Below are positions 25,808 to 38,189 of a stretch of 64,000 nucleotides of DNA, one piece after another. The translations under genes and the position numbers were made by a program. Source of the DNA: the human T2T-CHM13v2.0 reference genome, Homo sapiens; assembly GCF_009914755.1 (NCBI RefSeq), contig NC_060931.1. One strand, written 5' to 3'. Each line of letters starts with the position of its first letter. Within the stretch, counting starts at the first letter, position 1. The notes beneath the pieces are model-generated. The model was given only the letters and a program-made list of their open reading frames with translations. It did no database searches and was not told where the DNA came from.

Positions 25808-26144
25808 ACAGTGAAAGTCCAAGGCAATGACATCTCCCACAAGCTTCAGATTTCCAAAGTGAGGAAAAAGGATGAAGGCTTATATGAGTGCAGGGTGACT
25901 GATGCCAACTACGGGGAGCTTCAGGAACACAAGGCCCAGGCCTATCTGAAAGTCAATGCCAACAGCCATGCCCGCAGAATGCAGGCCTTCGAAGCCTCGC
26001 CCATGTGGCTGCAGGATATGAAGCCCCGCAAGAACGTCTCCGCAGCCATCCCCAGCAGCATCCATGGCTCTGCCAACCAACGAACGCACTCCACCTCCAG
26101 CCCTCAAGTGGTAGCCAAAATCCCCAAACAAAGTCCACAATCAG
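25808..26144 (+). CDS. VSTM2A: VSTM2A coding exon 4 (C-terminal half of the Ig domain with DEGLYEC, then a Ser/Pro/Thr-rich stalk)
   Basis: Acceptor aatttttcag|ACA; D-x-G-x-Y-x-C motif (Cys127); sequon N175-V-S; donor CAG|GTATGG at 26144/26145, phase 1. Confidence 0.96.
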
Positions 26145-26245
26145 GTATGGAAACCCATTTCGAGCCTTTTATTTTACCACTCACAAACGCTCCACAGAAA
26201 GGTCAGTCGTATAGAGTAGACAGATTTATGAATGGTGATTTTTAA
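26145..26245 (+). CDS. VSTM2A: Read-through extension of exon 4 into intron 4 ([33 protein letters not shown]), giving a 244-aa isoform
   Basis: The frame stays open past the donor to TAA at 26243-26245 (ORF track 25781..26245); AATAAA follows at 26427-26432. Confidence 0.6.
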
Positions 26246-26426
26246 AATCGGAGACCTAGTTCAGTGCAAGTGATTATGAGAGGTGAGCACCGAGCCTGCA
26301 CCAATTCACTCAGAGCTCAAAGCATGTGGGTGCACCCCGTCAGTCCCCTAGTGGTGCTTCATTTCCAGGGCATCTGAGAGCTGGACTCTGGTTTTTATCC
26401 TTTCTGTATTTACACATTATAAGAAC

Positions 26427-26432
26427 AATAAA
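26427..26432 (+). terminator. Candidate intronic polyadenylation signal AATAAA
   Basis: Lies ~180 nt after the read-through stop, with TGTA nearby and T/GT-rich sequence downstream. Confidence 0.55.
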
Positions 26433-27114
26433 TCATGTAATGTTGGTTACATTACAAATGCATGTTCATTTTCTCTACAGATTTATGTATCGATAATGAC
26501 CCAAATTAAGAGGCTTTCACTTAATCAAAATGTAAATGAGAGAGACATGCCATATCATGCATTTTCAGCGACCCATAGCTCTAAGCAGGACTATTCTCCA
26601 AGGGCTTTTGATTTTGAAGGAGAAACCTCAGCTGCCTGTGATGATGATAATGGAAGGATGGAGGGGGGATTGAAGACTGTAAGTGGTGCAGAGATAAGGC
26701 AACTCCTCTGTGAATTTGCCTTCCAGGCCAATTTAGAAGCTTAGTCACAGGATTCTGAAGGCAGCTGTGCAAGTTAAAGCTGTTCTGAATGGCATTAATG
26801 TATGCAGTCATTCAGCCAATGGAAATGCGTGGAAGTTTTAACCTTGATGTGGGATAAAGGCTTCGTGGAATGAGCAGTACCCTGCACAACCCCGCGGCCG
26901 TCCCGATTTCCTCAAACACGTGACATGGGATGAAGGGAGCACAAACATACTGACTTTATCCTTCTTTAGGTTTTTCCCTAAAGAAGTATTGATACTACCA
27001 TCAGTAATGGAAAATTACATTGCTAATATTTAAGGTCTCTTCAGCCATTAAATTAAAAAGTCTGATTACTTCACCAGGATGATTTCTGAGATCTCATCTC
27101 ATATCGTCCTGAAT

Positions 27115-27149
27115 ACACACACACACACACACACGCACACACACACACA
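27115..27149 (+). repeat. (CA)n microsatellite with one interruption
   Basis: Seen directly. Confidence 0.95.
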
Positions 27150-30100
27150 TCTCAGAAATCATCCTAATCAAATATAGACTTTATATATATCAAATATATA
27201 TATACATGTAGAAATACATATGGGTATGTATCTTTAAGTCCTTGCTTGTGAACAATGCTTTTAAATGTTTTTAAAATACTGTATGCCAAAATAGGTTTTC
27301 TCTTAATGCTTTACTTCCTAATGGATGTGATTTGCAGATTTGTAGGGCACTTGGATTAGGGTTCTCTGAGTTTGCCCTGCCTTATAATGTAGAGCAACTC
27401 TCCTGGCATGCCTTGGTCATTGCAATTTATGTCAGTCTGATGAACAGATGGCTTAGCCTCTCTGAAGCCCAATGTGTGTGGATTTGTCTAATTTTTTTCT
27501 TTATAATCTTTTCTGCTTACCAAATTAAAGGACAAACTAATATAGCTGGAACATATATGTGTGTATCCATACACACTAAACACACAGGTATATGCTAAAT
27601 TGTAATGGTAACCAAATGATGGTTACAACTTCGTGACTATTATTTGAGGAAGATTTAATGTCTTTGGAGTGATTTTCCCCTCTTTCTTCACATTATCATA
27701 AAAGAAGTTAGACACTACAGGCAAGATTACAGAGTAGCCTAAGCAGACAATTTACAACCTAATTAGCAAGAACTCCAAATCATGGAAGTGAAATTATTAT
27801 TATCCTACATAGACTGTTCCAAGTTAGATGTCATCAATCTGTTCGGCAGAATAAAATCAAACAGATTACCTATTGCAAGTGAAGAATTCCAAGGGTAGAA
27901 TGAAATGCTTTATCTATTTCTAGAATGTTTTCTTAGCTTTTGGGGTTTAATAATGCAATCTCAAAATATCTATTTATTTTATTTTAATATCTCTTAGCGC
28001 TGTGATTAGTGCTAAATGATAAACTCTAGATCTCTTCTAACAATTATCAAATAAAAATTACTGCTCTTTTTGCATCCCATTGCCAGCCTTGCTGTCAGAT
28101 TCAAAATTGCTTTTTCTAGAGTTAAAGGTAGAAGGAGAGAAAAAAGTGACTCATGAAGTCTATATTCATTAAAAGTCCTGTTCACTAAACATATCTGCTT
28201 ATATCAAAGAGTAACTTGAAATATCTGAAAATATTTAATTTCAATATTTCCAACCAGTGAATACTGGATAATATTTTTATATACTTCTATCAACATTTTC
28301 TAATTTCGATTTCAGAAGCTGGGGCAGTCCAGTCACTCACTTTACTTATGTGTAAGTTCCTATACTTGCACAATTATTATATATGATTCAGTATCTGGGG
28401 TGGATATTTATATATTATATTCACTGTAATACCCACATCCTGATTTATGATTTTTGCCTCACGATTTTCAGATTATATTCAAATAAAGCTTATTTCAATA
28501 CCCATGCTTCATTTATTCATTCATTTATTCACCTTCCATCCCTCCTAGGAACTCACATACCAGGCACAGGGACACAAACATGGAAGACACACTTCTTCTC
28601 CTCAAGGAGTTTGTATTTTAGTTTGCAAGAAAACAAAATATTTGTACATTCCATTTATCATCCATCTTTATTTCATTATTCTATGAAAGGCAAGATGTGG
28701 TGAAAGCACAAAAATCAAAATCTTGCTCTTGGAAGCCAATAGCTATATTGTACTAGCCTTTTATCTTTTATTGTTTGATACAAAGAGGCATCCTTCATCT
28801 ATGGTATATGGGACACTGTCATCTCTGTCACAAAAGCTGGCCCGTTTGGCCCTTTATTTTCATCATAATCTTTGACTTAGTTGACTAAATTATTTAAACT
28901 GAAACACTCACCTCTTAATTGATACTATTTTTCTTTCAAAGAATTTCTGTTTTTAAATGAAGGAAAACATATTAGCTGAAAATAATTTTATATAAAATCT
29001 TCAAATTTTCATACAATTAATTTAACCAGTTTTTCTAGAGCAGAGATTTACATGAATAGAAGAAGATGGAAAAGATAGTCTATGACCATCTGCCTATCAC
29101 AAGATAAAGCTAACTGTTATTTAATACGGCTAGTCCCATACCTTTTCCAGATATTTTCCAAAAGTTTTTGAGCATGTGACTTTCCCCTCCCACTTAAAAT
29201 TCTTTTTTATCTTTGTGAATCCTTCACTTGTAAAATTATTTGAATTCTACCTCCATTTAGTAATCAGCAATTAAAACAAAATAATGAAGCAAAACGGTTA
29301 GGCAAACAGATAAACAAAACTTGGCTTTTGCAATCCCTTTGAAGTTTGCCGTCTTCAATTGTTCTGAACACTCTCCAGTTTTGTGTACCATGACCACCTT
29401 AGATCATATAAAACCCACTCTCCTCTGCCCACTTTTTTTGGCTCTATTTGCAAGAAGCTTATCAAGAGAAGATGCCAATAAATATGATGTTATCAGGAAA
29501 GCAATACATAGAGTTAGAAGCAGAAGAAATGTTCTATAGATGTTCTGAGAAGGTGAATTCCTGCTTCTTGCTGGAGGAGTCAGGGAGGGCAACCTGGAAG
29601 AAGGGACTTGGAGGATAGGGAGAGTTCATACAAGCAAATATGGAGAAGAAAGACCTTTCAGAGAGGAGGGTGGCACCAAGCACAACTGACTGTGGAAGTC
29701 CCAGGATCTTGACCAGGATGGAGTGGTTTAGGTCCCTCTTCGCAGAGAACACAGGACTCAACGCCCCTCCACCATGCCCCCAAATACCCCAATATACTAA
29801 GCCATTCTCTACTTGTTTCTTCCTGTCTCATCCAGTGTCTCCAATCCTTCCAGAAGTCAAACATCTCCACAGACCACCTCTACTAGTCCTTCCTTTCTTC
29901 TCTCTGTCTTCACTTTTTTCTACTGACCCCCTTCCCACCTTCCCAACGTCACACAGAACTGTGAAGCGGCTTCCTGCTCCTCTTCCCCAACCTGGCCATG
30001 GATCAACCCCTGGTGTGCAGAGCTGCGTGCTGGCTCCTCCAGGTAAATTGCCCAGGTCGCTCGCACTCCCAAAGCTGTCATGCAAGTCACTGGTGTCTCC

Positions 30101-31817
30101 TGCTTCCAATTCCCCACCCTCTCACATCTCGTCCTTCCCAGTCTCTAGGCAGCCTTTCTCCCTCGATCACTCCTTCCTGACACTCTTACCTCTCTTCTCT
30201 TTGCAGGCTGGTCCCCTATTTACTGGCTCCTAGCATTCTCCTCTCTCCTTTATTGGCCTCCTCCCCAACTAAATTCCTCTCTTAAATATAGTTCTTTTCC
30301 CATTGTCAACTGCCTGATCTTCTCATCCACTTCCATGGTTTTGACTGCTAAATTTTCTTAGGAAATTGTTCGAGTCACCTTTGTACTTCTGACTCATTTC
30401 TGTAGATCCAGACTCATGTTCACTCTTGTCCCCAAAGTATCTACATATATATCCTGCAAAAACTGTGGCAGAGTAAGGATGTCTGCACACTTGTCTCCAT
30501 CCCATGCATTGAAGCCTATTTTCCTTCCCCTGAGCATAGGCTGGCCTGTGACCACTCTGCCCAATAAAGTATGAAGAAGTGAGCTGTGCCAATTCTAGAC
30601 CTATCCTTTACAGGGGCTGGCAGCACCTGCTGAGCCCTCCTGGAAGCCAGCCACTGTGGAAGCAGTGCAGCCACCTTACTGAGTGAAGCCCAGCCAAGGA
30701 CCTTGGTGTGCGAGCCTGGAAGCAGCCTTGGGCAGCCAGTCACCCCAGCCTTCCTCCAGCCACAGCTCCAGTGGCTGTCTCATTGCAGCATGAGGGAGCC
30801 CAAGCAAACACTGCCCAGCTAAGTACAGACAACACGCAGAACAGAGACAGATGATGATCTCCTGTCATTTTAAGGCACTAGGTTGTAGTGAGGTTTGTTT
30901 CATGATAGATACCCAGATCAGACATCTAAAACTCAAATATTCAAGACTGAATTTATCTTAGCTTTCTCACCAAAAAGAAATGTTCTTCCTCCTATGATCC
31001 CAAACTCTTTTAATAGCATTTATCACAGTCATTGGTCTTGAGGAAGCCTTGAAAATGTTCTCATCTCTTCTGTCAGCTGCCACACTGAATTGTCCTAGTA
31101 ATTGTCTCCCTAAAACATCCTTGAGAAGCTGCGTCTTTTCTGTTCTAACCAATACTGGTTTCATTGTCAACACAGGCCCTCTTCACTTTCCTCATCTAAT
31201 CCAATCTATTCCAAAAAGAATTTCTTGTTTTAACTCTAATACAAGGGACGTATCACAACAGAGCATGTGTGAAATGATTATTTTTTTCAAAGTGCCAACA
31301 TTAGTTTTTGTAGTCTAACTCCAGCCTTGTTTCTTCTGAGTTCCTAATCTCATTCAGTCTTTCCATTTGGTATTGCCTGAATGTTTTCAGATATTTTGTT
31401 ACCTCTATGGCTTTGCAAATGCTGTTTCCTTTGTATGAGTCTTTTCCTATTTGCTGAGTTCCTACAAAAATGCAAACTCCTTTGTTAAAGCTTTCTCCTT
31501 TTCTCTTAGTCAGAATTGGTTACTCATCAAGTTCTCAGCAATTTGTTTATACTTACTTTGAAGCCCTAACTGTGCCTTGTATTGTTGAACCTTTAGTGCT
31601 CAAAGTCACACATTCTGGAAAACCTCTTAGTTTTAAGCAAACTAGGACAGTTTATCACCCTAACTATAACTTCTTGGCTACAAATACTATAGCTTGTTTC
31701 TGCAATTCCTCTATGTGCCCTGAACAAGTGGGGCTCATGTTATTATTATTTTGTATAATTATGTTTTCATAATTAGATAATTTTACCACTACTCTAGAAC
31801 TGATCAAGACTCCCAAA

Positions 31818-31955
31818 CAGTGTTTCTCAAAGTGAGTTGTGCAGCCTACCTATGCCAGACTCATCAGGGAGCTTATTAAAAATTCATATTCCAGAACTCC
31901 ACCCAGTGCCTACTGAATCAGCATCTCTGAGTGTAGAACCAGAAATAAGTATTCT
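31818..31955. mobile_element. MER5-like remnant
   Basis: cagtgtttctcaaagtg...cctactgaatcagcatctctg. Confidence 0.65.
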
Positions 31956-33220
31956 ATGTTCCAAAAGTTAAAAGAATCATTGGCTTTTTGAAGTTTTTCA
32001 GGGTAAAAAAATTTTCTTCTTATCATTTACTATGAGATATATATCTGTATGTGTATCTGTGTCATGCTACAAAATACTTTTTTTAGAGGCTCTGTTCTGT
32101 TGCTCTTATTGTTTCCAATGTTGGGATGGACTTTTGTGAAGCTGTTCACTGCTGTGATCAACAGCTGGTATTTGTAAGGAAACTGGCTGCAGTGAAGGTG
32201 GTACTTGTGTCTCCGTGTGTGGAGTCTGTAGTAGCTCAGCAGGAATGCTGATTCTCTGAACTATGAAATACAATTATTGTGTGTTCACCATGATGTGAAC
32301 CTGACTGTTAAGAGGCAGCTGCTGCAACAGCTGCCAGGAGCCAAGAGTGGCCACTTTCAGCAGGATTGATCTTAACACAGGATGTCAAAGTCATTGGGAG
32401 GAGGGAGATGAGGGACTGAGGGTCTTTGCAGGGAGAGTGCTTGTCTCATTTAATATGTGAGTAAATGGTGCACTGCTTTGAGGTAGAGTCAGTCATATAA
32501 TTCAGCCCTTACCGCTGATTTTTGTTTAAATGATCCAACTTGGCTGCTTACACAGGTTAAATTAATTTAATCATTGTAATTCTATCATATAAATGGCAAC
32601 TATGTAAATCAAGTGTCTATGAATAAGACAAAAATAGATATAAGGGAATGATTTGGATAATACAGGCCAAGGAATCTGCTAGGGCTATATTTGAACCAGA
32701 ATTATGTAGATTAAGAGTCTATACTGGTTAAATTCTCCTGCAAACCATATTTAATTTTACTCATTGAAGTTCAGAACTATTTGGGCCTATGATATCAAGG
32801 TTGGATGGGTTTTTCCATTCATAACTGGCCACATGAAGGCTTGCTTGTGACTACTAGTTCCTCTGTAATTAAGAAGACATGAAACGGAATTTGCCAGTGT
32901 TCTAAGTTCTTGTCTCAAGTGATTCCATGATGTCTGCCACTTCAGGAAGCCACCAGAGGAGCAGCTTCCTGGCTAGATGGCCAAAGTGTTGAAAACTTGC
33001 TAGAAAGGCTTCACTCTGTTGGTCACAATAACACACACCCTAAAAGAGCAAGAAAGGTCAAGAGCTCCTTCTTCCAAGGACCACTTCTGCCACTGATAGG
33101 CTGAACCAGTGCCTTCATCTGAGCAGCGAAGGGGCGTAAATGAGCAGGGACACACTCCTCAGACCTTCTGCCTCTGGCTCTGCCTACTCATTTGTAGAGG
33201 CACTAGTGCACAGCGGTTAA

Positions 33221-33620
<400 letters not shown>

Positions 33621-36600
33621 TGAGAACTATACTATAATCCTCACAGGGTTTTGACAATTGAAGGAAATGATGTACATATGAAGATTGACACTTAATAATC
33701 CCTGAATGAATGGTGACTAGTTGCTGTAATAATATGACTATTATTGCATATGCTTATATACAATTATCAGCAATGAAATGATTAGAGTTAATGGTCTTTA
33801 CCACCTGGTTCTTCTAGGCAAATATCTTCCTTGCTGGTTGTGTGGAAGTGATGGGTTGAGGAAGGAAGACTAGATCTCCATTTCTGGCTTATGTTTTATG
33901 ATTTATAATTTCAGAGCTTGCTTTTTTTTCTTCTGTCACAATGCCATTAATTGATGATAAATTTTCCTCTAAATAAGCACAACATATTAGCCACCAGCTG
34001 TCTTGCCCAAGGTTGTAACTAGATCTGTATTATAAAACATGATAAAATTCCAAAGGATTTTTAAGAATTTAAACTGCAACCTGAATAAATAACAGGTATT
34101 CTAAAGCCATAATTATACAAATTGGTGTTCATCTTAATTAAATTCAAGCTTTCAAAAAAGATTTTCTGAGTTTTTAAAATCACAAAGTAATTAGCAATAC
34201 ATCTGAAAACATAAACAAGTTAGAATATTATATAAAGCCTTAAAAAGAGACAAAAATAAAATAGGAATATAAATTAATAATGAAAATTTCATAGTTTATG
34301 GTACCAGGTAGATACAGATTTGATTCTTAGATTTGCTATCTACCAGCTTGTTACTTTGGGTGAGCTGCTCACAAAATCTCTCTGAAGCTTAAAGTCTTAT
34401 GTATAAAACTGATATGGTAATACTTATCTGCCAAGGGTCATTTTTAGCATTAAATGAGATAATGGATTTTAAAAATCTAGGAGAGTAAACCTAGCATGTG
34501 AGTGAGCTCAGCAATGCCTAGTTCTCTACCTCTTTACCTACCAGATAGGAAAATATGCTACAAAATAACTATTATTTAAGAGGACAATAAAGAAACAGAA
34601 ATATGAATAGATATTAAAGAAAATAAAAACAAGCCTGGAAAGCTCGAAAATTATACAAAATAATATCTAATGAATTTAAAAATGTAACAGTTAAAGAAGG
34701 ACCTATTTAATTAATAATGCCAAAAGGAGACATATGATCACAGTTTACAATATATATCCAAATGAAGGCCAGTTAAAGAACTAAGCAGGAAAGAAAAATC
34801 AAATATAGGAAGATTAGCATAAAATAAGATACTTGTGGCTTTGAAGGTTAAAAGTTACAAAATAATTTGCAAGTGAAAATATTTTGCTATAACTTTAAAA
34901 TTTTATTTAAGTAAATAATATGTAACTAAAAAGTAAAGCATCAAACAAGGAAATATTTGTGTCTAATACTTAGGAAAATAATAAATGTCAATATTTACAG
35001 ATGCTGTGATTATGTAACCCACTCCTAATCACTCCTAATCAGTCGTAATAGAGATATTAAAAGTGATCATATAATATGAATAAAATTAAGATAAAAGTAT
35101 AAACTTAGGTCAACCTTCTACATAACTCCAATACCAAAATAGAAAATATTTTAGGAATAATATTGAATCCTCAATAGTAGCAACAAGTAAAAGATATAAA
35201 ATATATAATCTTTTTTTTACAAAGTATGGTTGCAAATAAGTAGTATGAATATGAAGACCACTAAAACACTTCATTGAGAGAGTTTAGGTTTGAATAAATG
35301 AGTTACAATGCTATGTTTTTGGATGGCCCATCTCAGAATTGCAAATCTGTCAGGTTTTTCAGAAGTATTTATAGATTTGATGCAGTCCCAGTCAAAACAC
35401 CTTCTCATTAAAAAAAAATTGATAGGTATAATCTTGGCAAAAGTTTTCTAAATCAACAAGCATCATAAAGGTTACAGTGAATCAGACATTCTGCTACATT
35501 GCCACTGGCATGGTGAATCAGTACTTCCCTTGTGAAGGAAAATTTGTCAGGGAAGAGTACTCACAAGCCTTTAGATTGTGCAGCCCATATGTCCCTGAAA
35601 TCATACTTCTGAGAAGAAATTCCAAGGATATCATAGCGAGTCATGAATTGCAATACTTACCATGGAGTTTTTCATACACCTGGAAATACACAGATGACCA
35701 AAAGGAAAGTTACCTAGTGAATGTGTTAAAGCATACAGTGAACATCAAGCAGCTTCTAGAATCATCTTCTCAAAGAATGTTTGGAGACATTAGAAAGGAT
35801 TCAGTACATGACATCACGTGAAAAAACATAGGATACAAAACTTTAAAGTGAAAAAATATATAGCATACAGAACTTTAAATCAGTCTGAGCCATGTGCATA
35901 GAAAAATAAAAGAAAAAAAGAAAATGTACAGCAGTCAATGTAAGTTATGATTTTTAATTTTTTATTGTTTTGCTTGTTTATAACTTTTGTACAATGATAA
36001 TGTATTACTTTGTTATAAGCAGAAAAAGAAAATTTAAATTTTTTCCAATTAAAAAATGGTAAACAGTTGTCTCATGAGAGAGAAAATAAATTAGCAAACA
36101 CATAAAATATTTCAACAAATAAAGAGAAGCAAAGTAAAATAATGGTGTATAATTATAGAGTTCAGGACAAAATCTTAAAAATATCTACACATGTACATAT
36201 ATGTACCCAAAGTACTGTTGTGAAAATGGTCGGTACTCAGAAATTGCTAGTAGCATTGAAATTAGGAACTTTGTATTTTATTATATCTTATTTCCTGGAG
36301 GCTGGGTGGAGAACATGACCATCAAGTTAGTCTTGTTTTTCTAAGCAAATAGGTGTGATCTTGATGAATTCATATTGATTAAATAAATCAAACACATACA
36401 AGCAAATAAAATATCATGCAATCATTTTTCCTGTCAATGAGATGACTCACACAACCCCCAATTCCAAGGGAGATGAAAGTGAGGAGCAATGCATTGTCAT
36501 TGGGAGTATCAAGGGAAATCGGACACAGGAAGATTTATAAATGAGAATTATGTTTTACTTAATGCAACTGCTTCACAACAGACTCTGAGAGAGCATTTTT

Positions 36601-37884
36601 GCATGAATTCAGAATCCTATAGGTATAAAACATACCTAATATAGGTGAAACAGTGCTTGAATTAAAGCAAATAGTAAAATCCAGGAGTTGTGATTTCTTA
36701 TTCCATGAAGCTGACAAATATGAAGCTGTAGAGAAAATTTTAAAGATGAAATTAAGTTAAGCAATTTTATTATCTTCACAGACAAACATTTTAATGAAGT
36801 TAAATAATGCAGTGAAATACTTCAAATTTTAAAATGTAAAGGTATCAAGCACTGTGCAGTGAAGGGCTCTGTTATGAGTCAATGTTTTTCTTGCTTCATT
36901 TTGATGGCTTCTGTTACAGACACACCCTGAGGAGCCTGTTCGTCAGCCTTGTATATAATCTTTTATCTTTAGTTTTTCTGATTAAACAAATCCATATGCT
37001 ATGAAGGCAATTTTCTAACTTCTAGCGTTGTAAATAGTTAATTTGAAAAATCCTACATTTAGGGATTAAGCTGTAGAATCACAACCACTAAATAGAAAAA
37101 AAAAGTTTAGAATTTAAAACCTCACTCTATTTCAAACTACCTGAAAATATTATAAGGGTTGTGAAGATAGGAATTGTGTCCTGAACTTTGGGTGTCATTG
37201 CAGCACCTAGCATTGTGTTTAGCATGTACTTAGAGTTAAATGTTTAGGGATAGAAAGTTACGTTTTGGTTTATGTATAGTGCAAAACACTTCTGAGGATA
37301 ATACCACTGCTAAGAATATACATGAAGTTTAATGTAATTTGGTGAACGTTTAAGAAAACAACTCCAGACTGCCTATGTAGCAATGGTCAGAAAAGATTAA
37401 AAAACAGCCCTTGGACCATCCTTCATTATGTATTTGTGATGATAATATTAATTTATTTAAAATGATATTTAATGACAAATTATGTCTGGGAAGTTTGATG
37501 AACAAATTCCAGGCAATGGCTTACTTCTGTCCTTTTATTTGTATATCTTGATAAATGAGATGTGAATTTTAAAAATCTTGCGTCAAATATTTCTAGTTAC
37601 TTAATGCTGATAGCTAAGAAGATAACTTCTACTAATGAAGATAATTAATAAAGCATTCTAATTAAGAAAACTTGAAATAGCTAAATTAAGGAAAAGGGTA
37701 AGGCCACTGGCTCAAACTTGGAAAATATATGGGTAAAATCTTAAGACATTTTCCTTGTATTAAAACAGGTGAGTTTTCTGAAGCCATGTAATTTATGCTT
37801 TTGTAGGTCCTATTGACATTAGGTCCTCCAATAATTCCTTCCTCAAAGTCAGACATTAATGAACCATAAAAATTAGTTTTTTAG

Positions 37885-38189
37885 TTTTTTGTTTGTTTTT
37901 TTTTGTTTTTGAGACAGAGTCTCACTCTGTCACCCAGGCTGGAGTGCAGTGGCGTGATCTCGGCTCACTGCAAGCTCCACCTCCCGGGTTCAAACAGTTC
38001 TCTGCATCAGCCTCGCAAGTAGCTGGGACTACAGGCATGCACCACCACGCCCAGCTAATTTTTATGTTTTTAGTAGAAACAGGGTTTCACCATGTTGGCC
38101 AGGATGATCTTGATCTCTCGACCTCGTGATCTGTCTGCCTCGGCCTCCCAAAGTGCTGGGATTACAGGCGTGAGCCACCGCTCCCAGCC
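37885..38189 (-). mobile_element. Alu (S-type)
   Basis: Reverse Alu; TTTAGTTTTT on both flanks. Confidence 0.95.
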
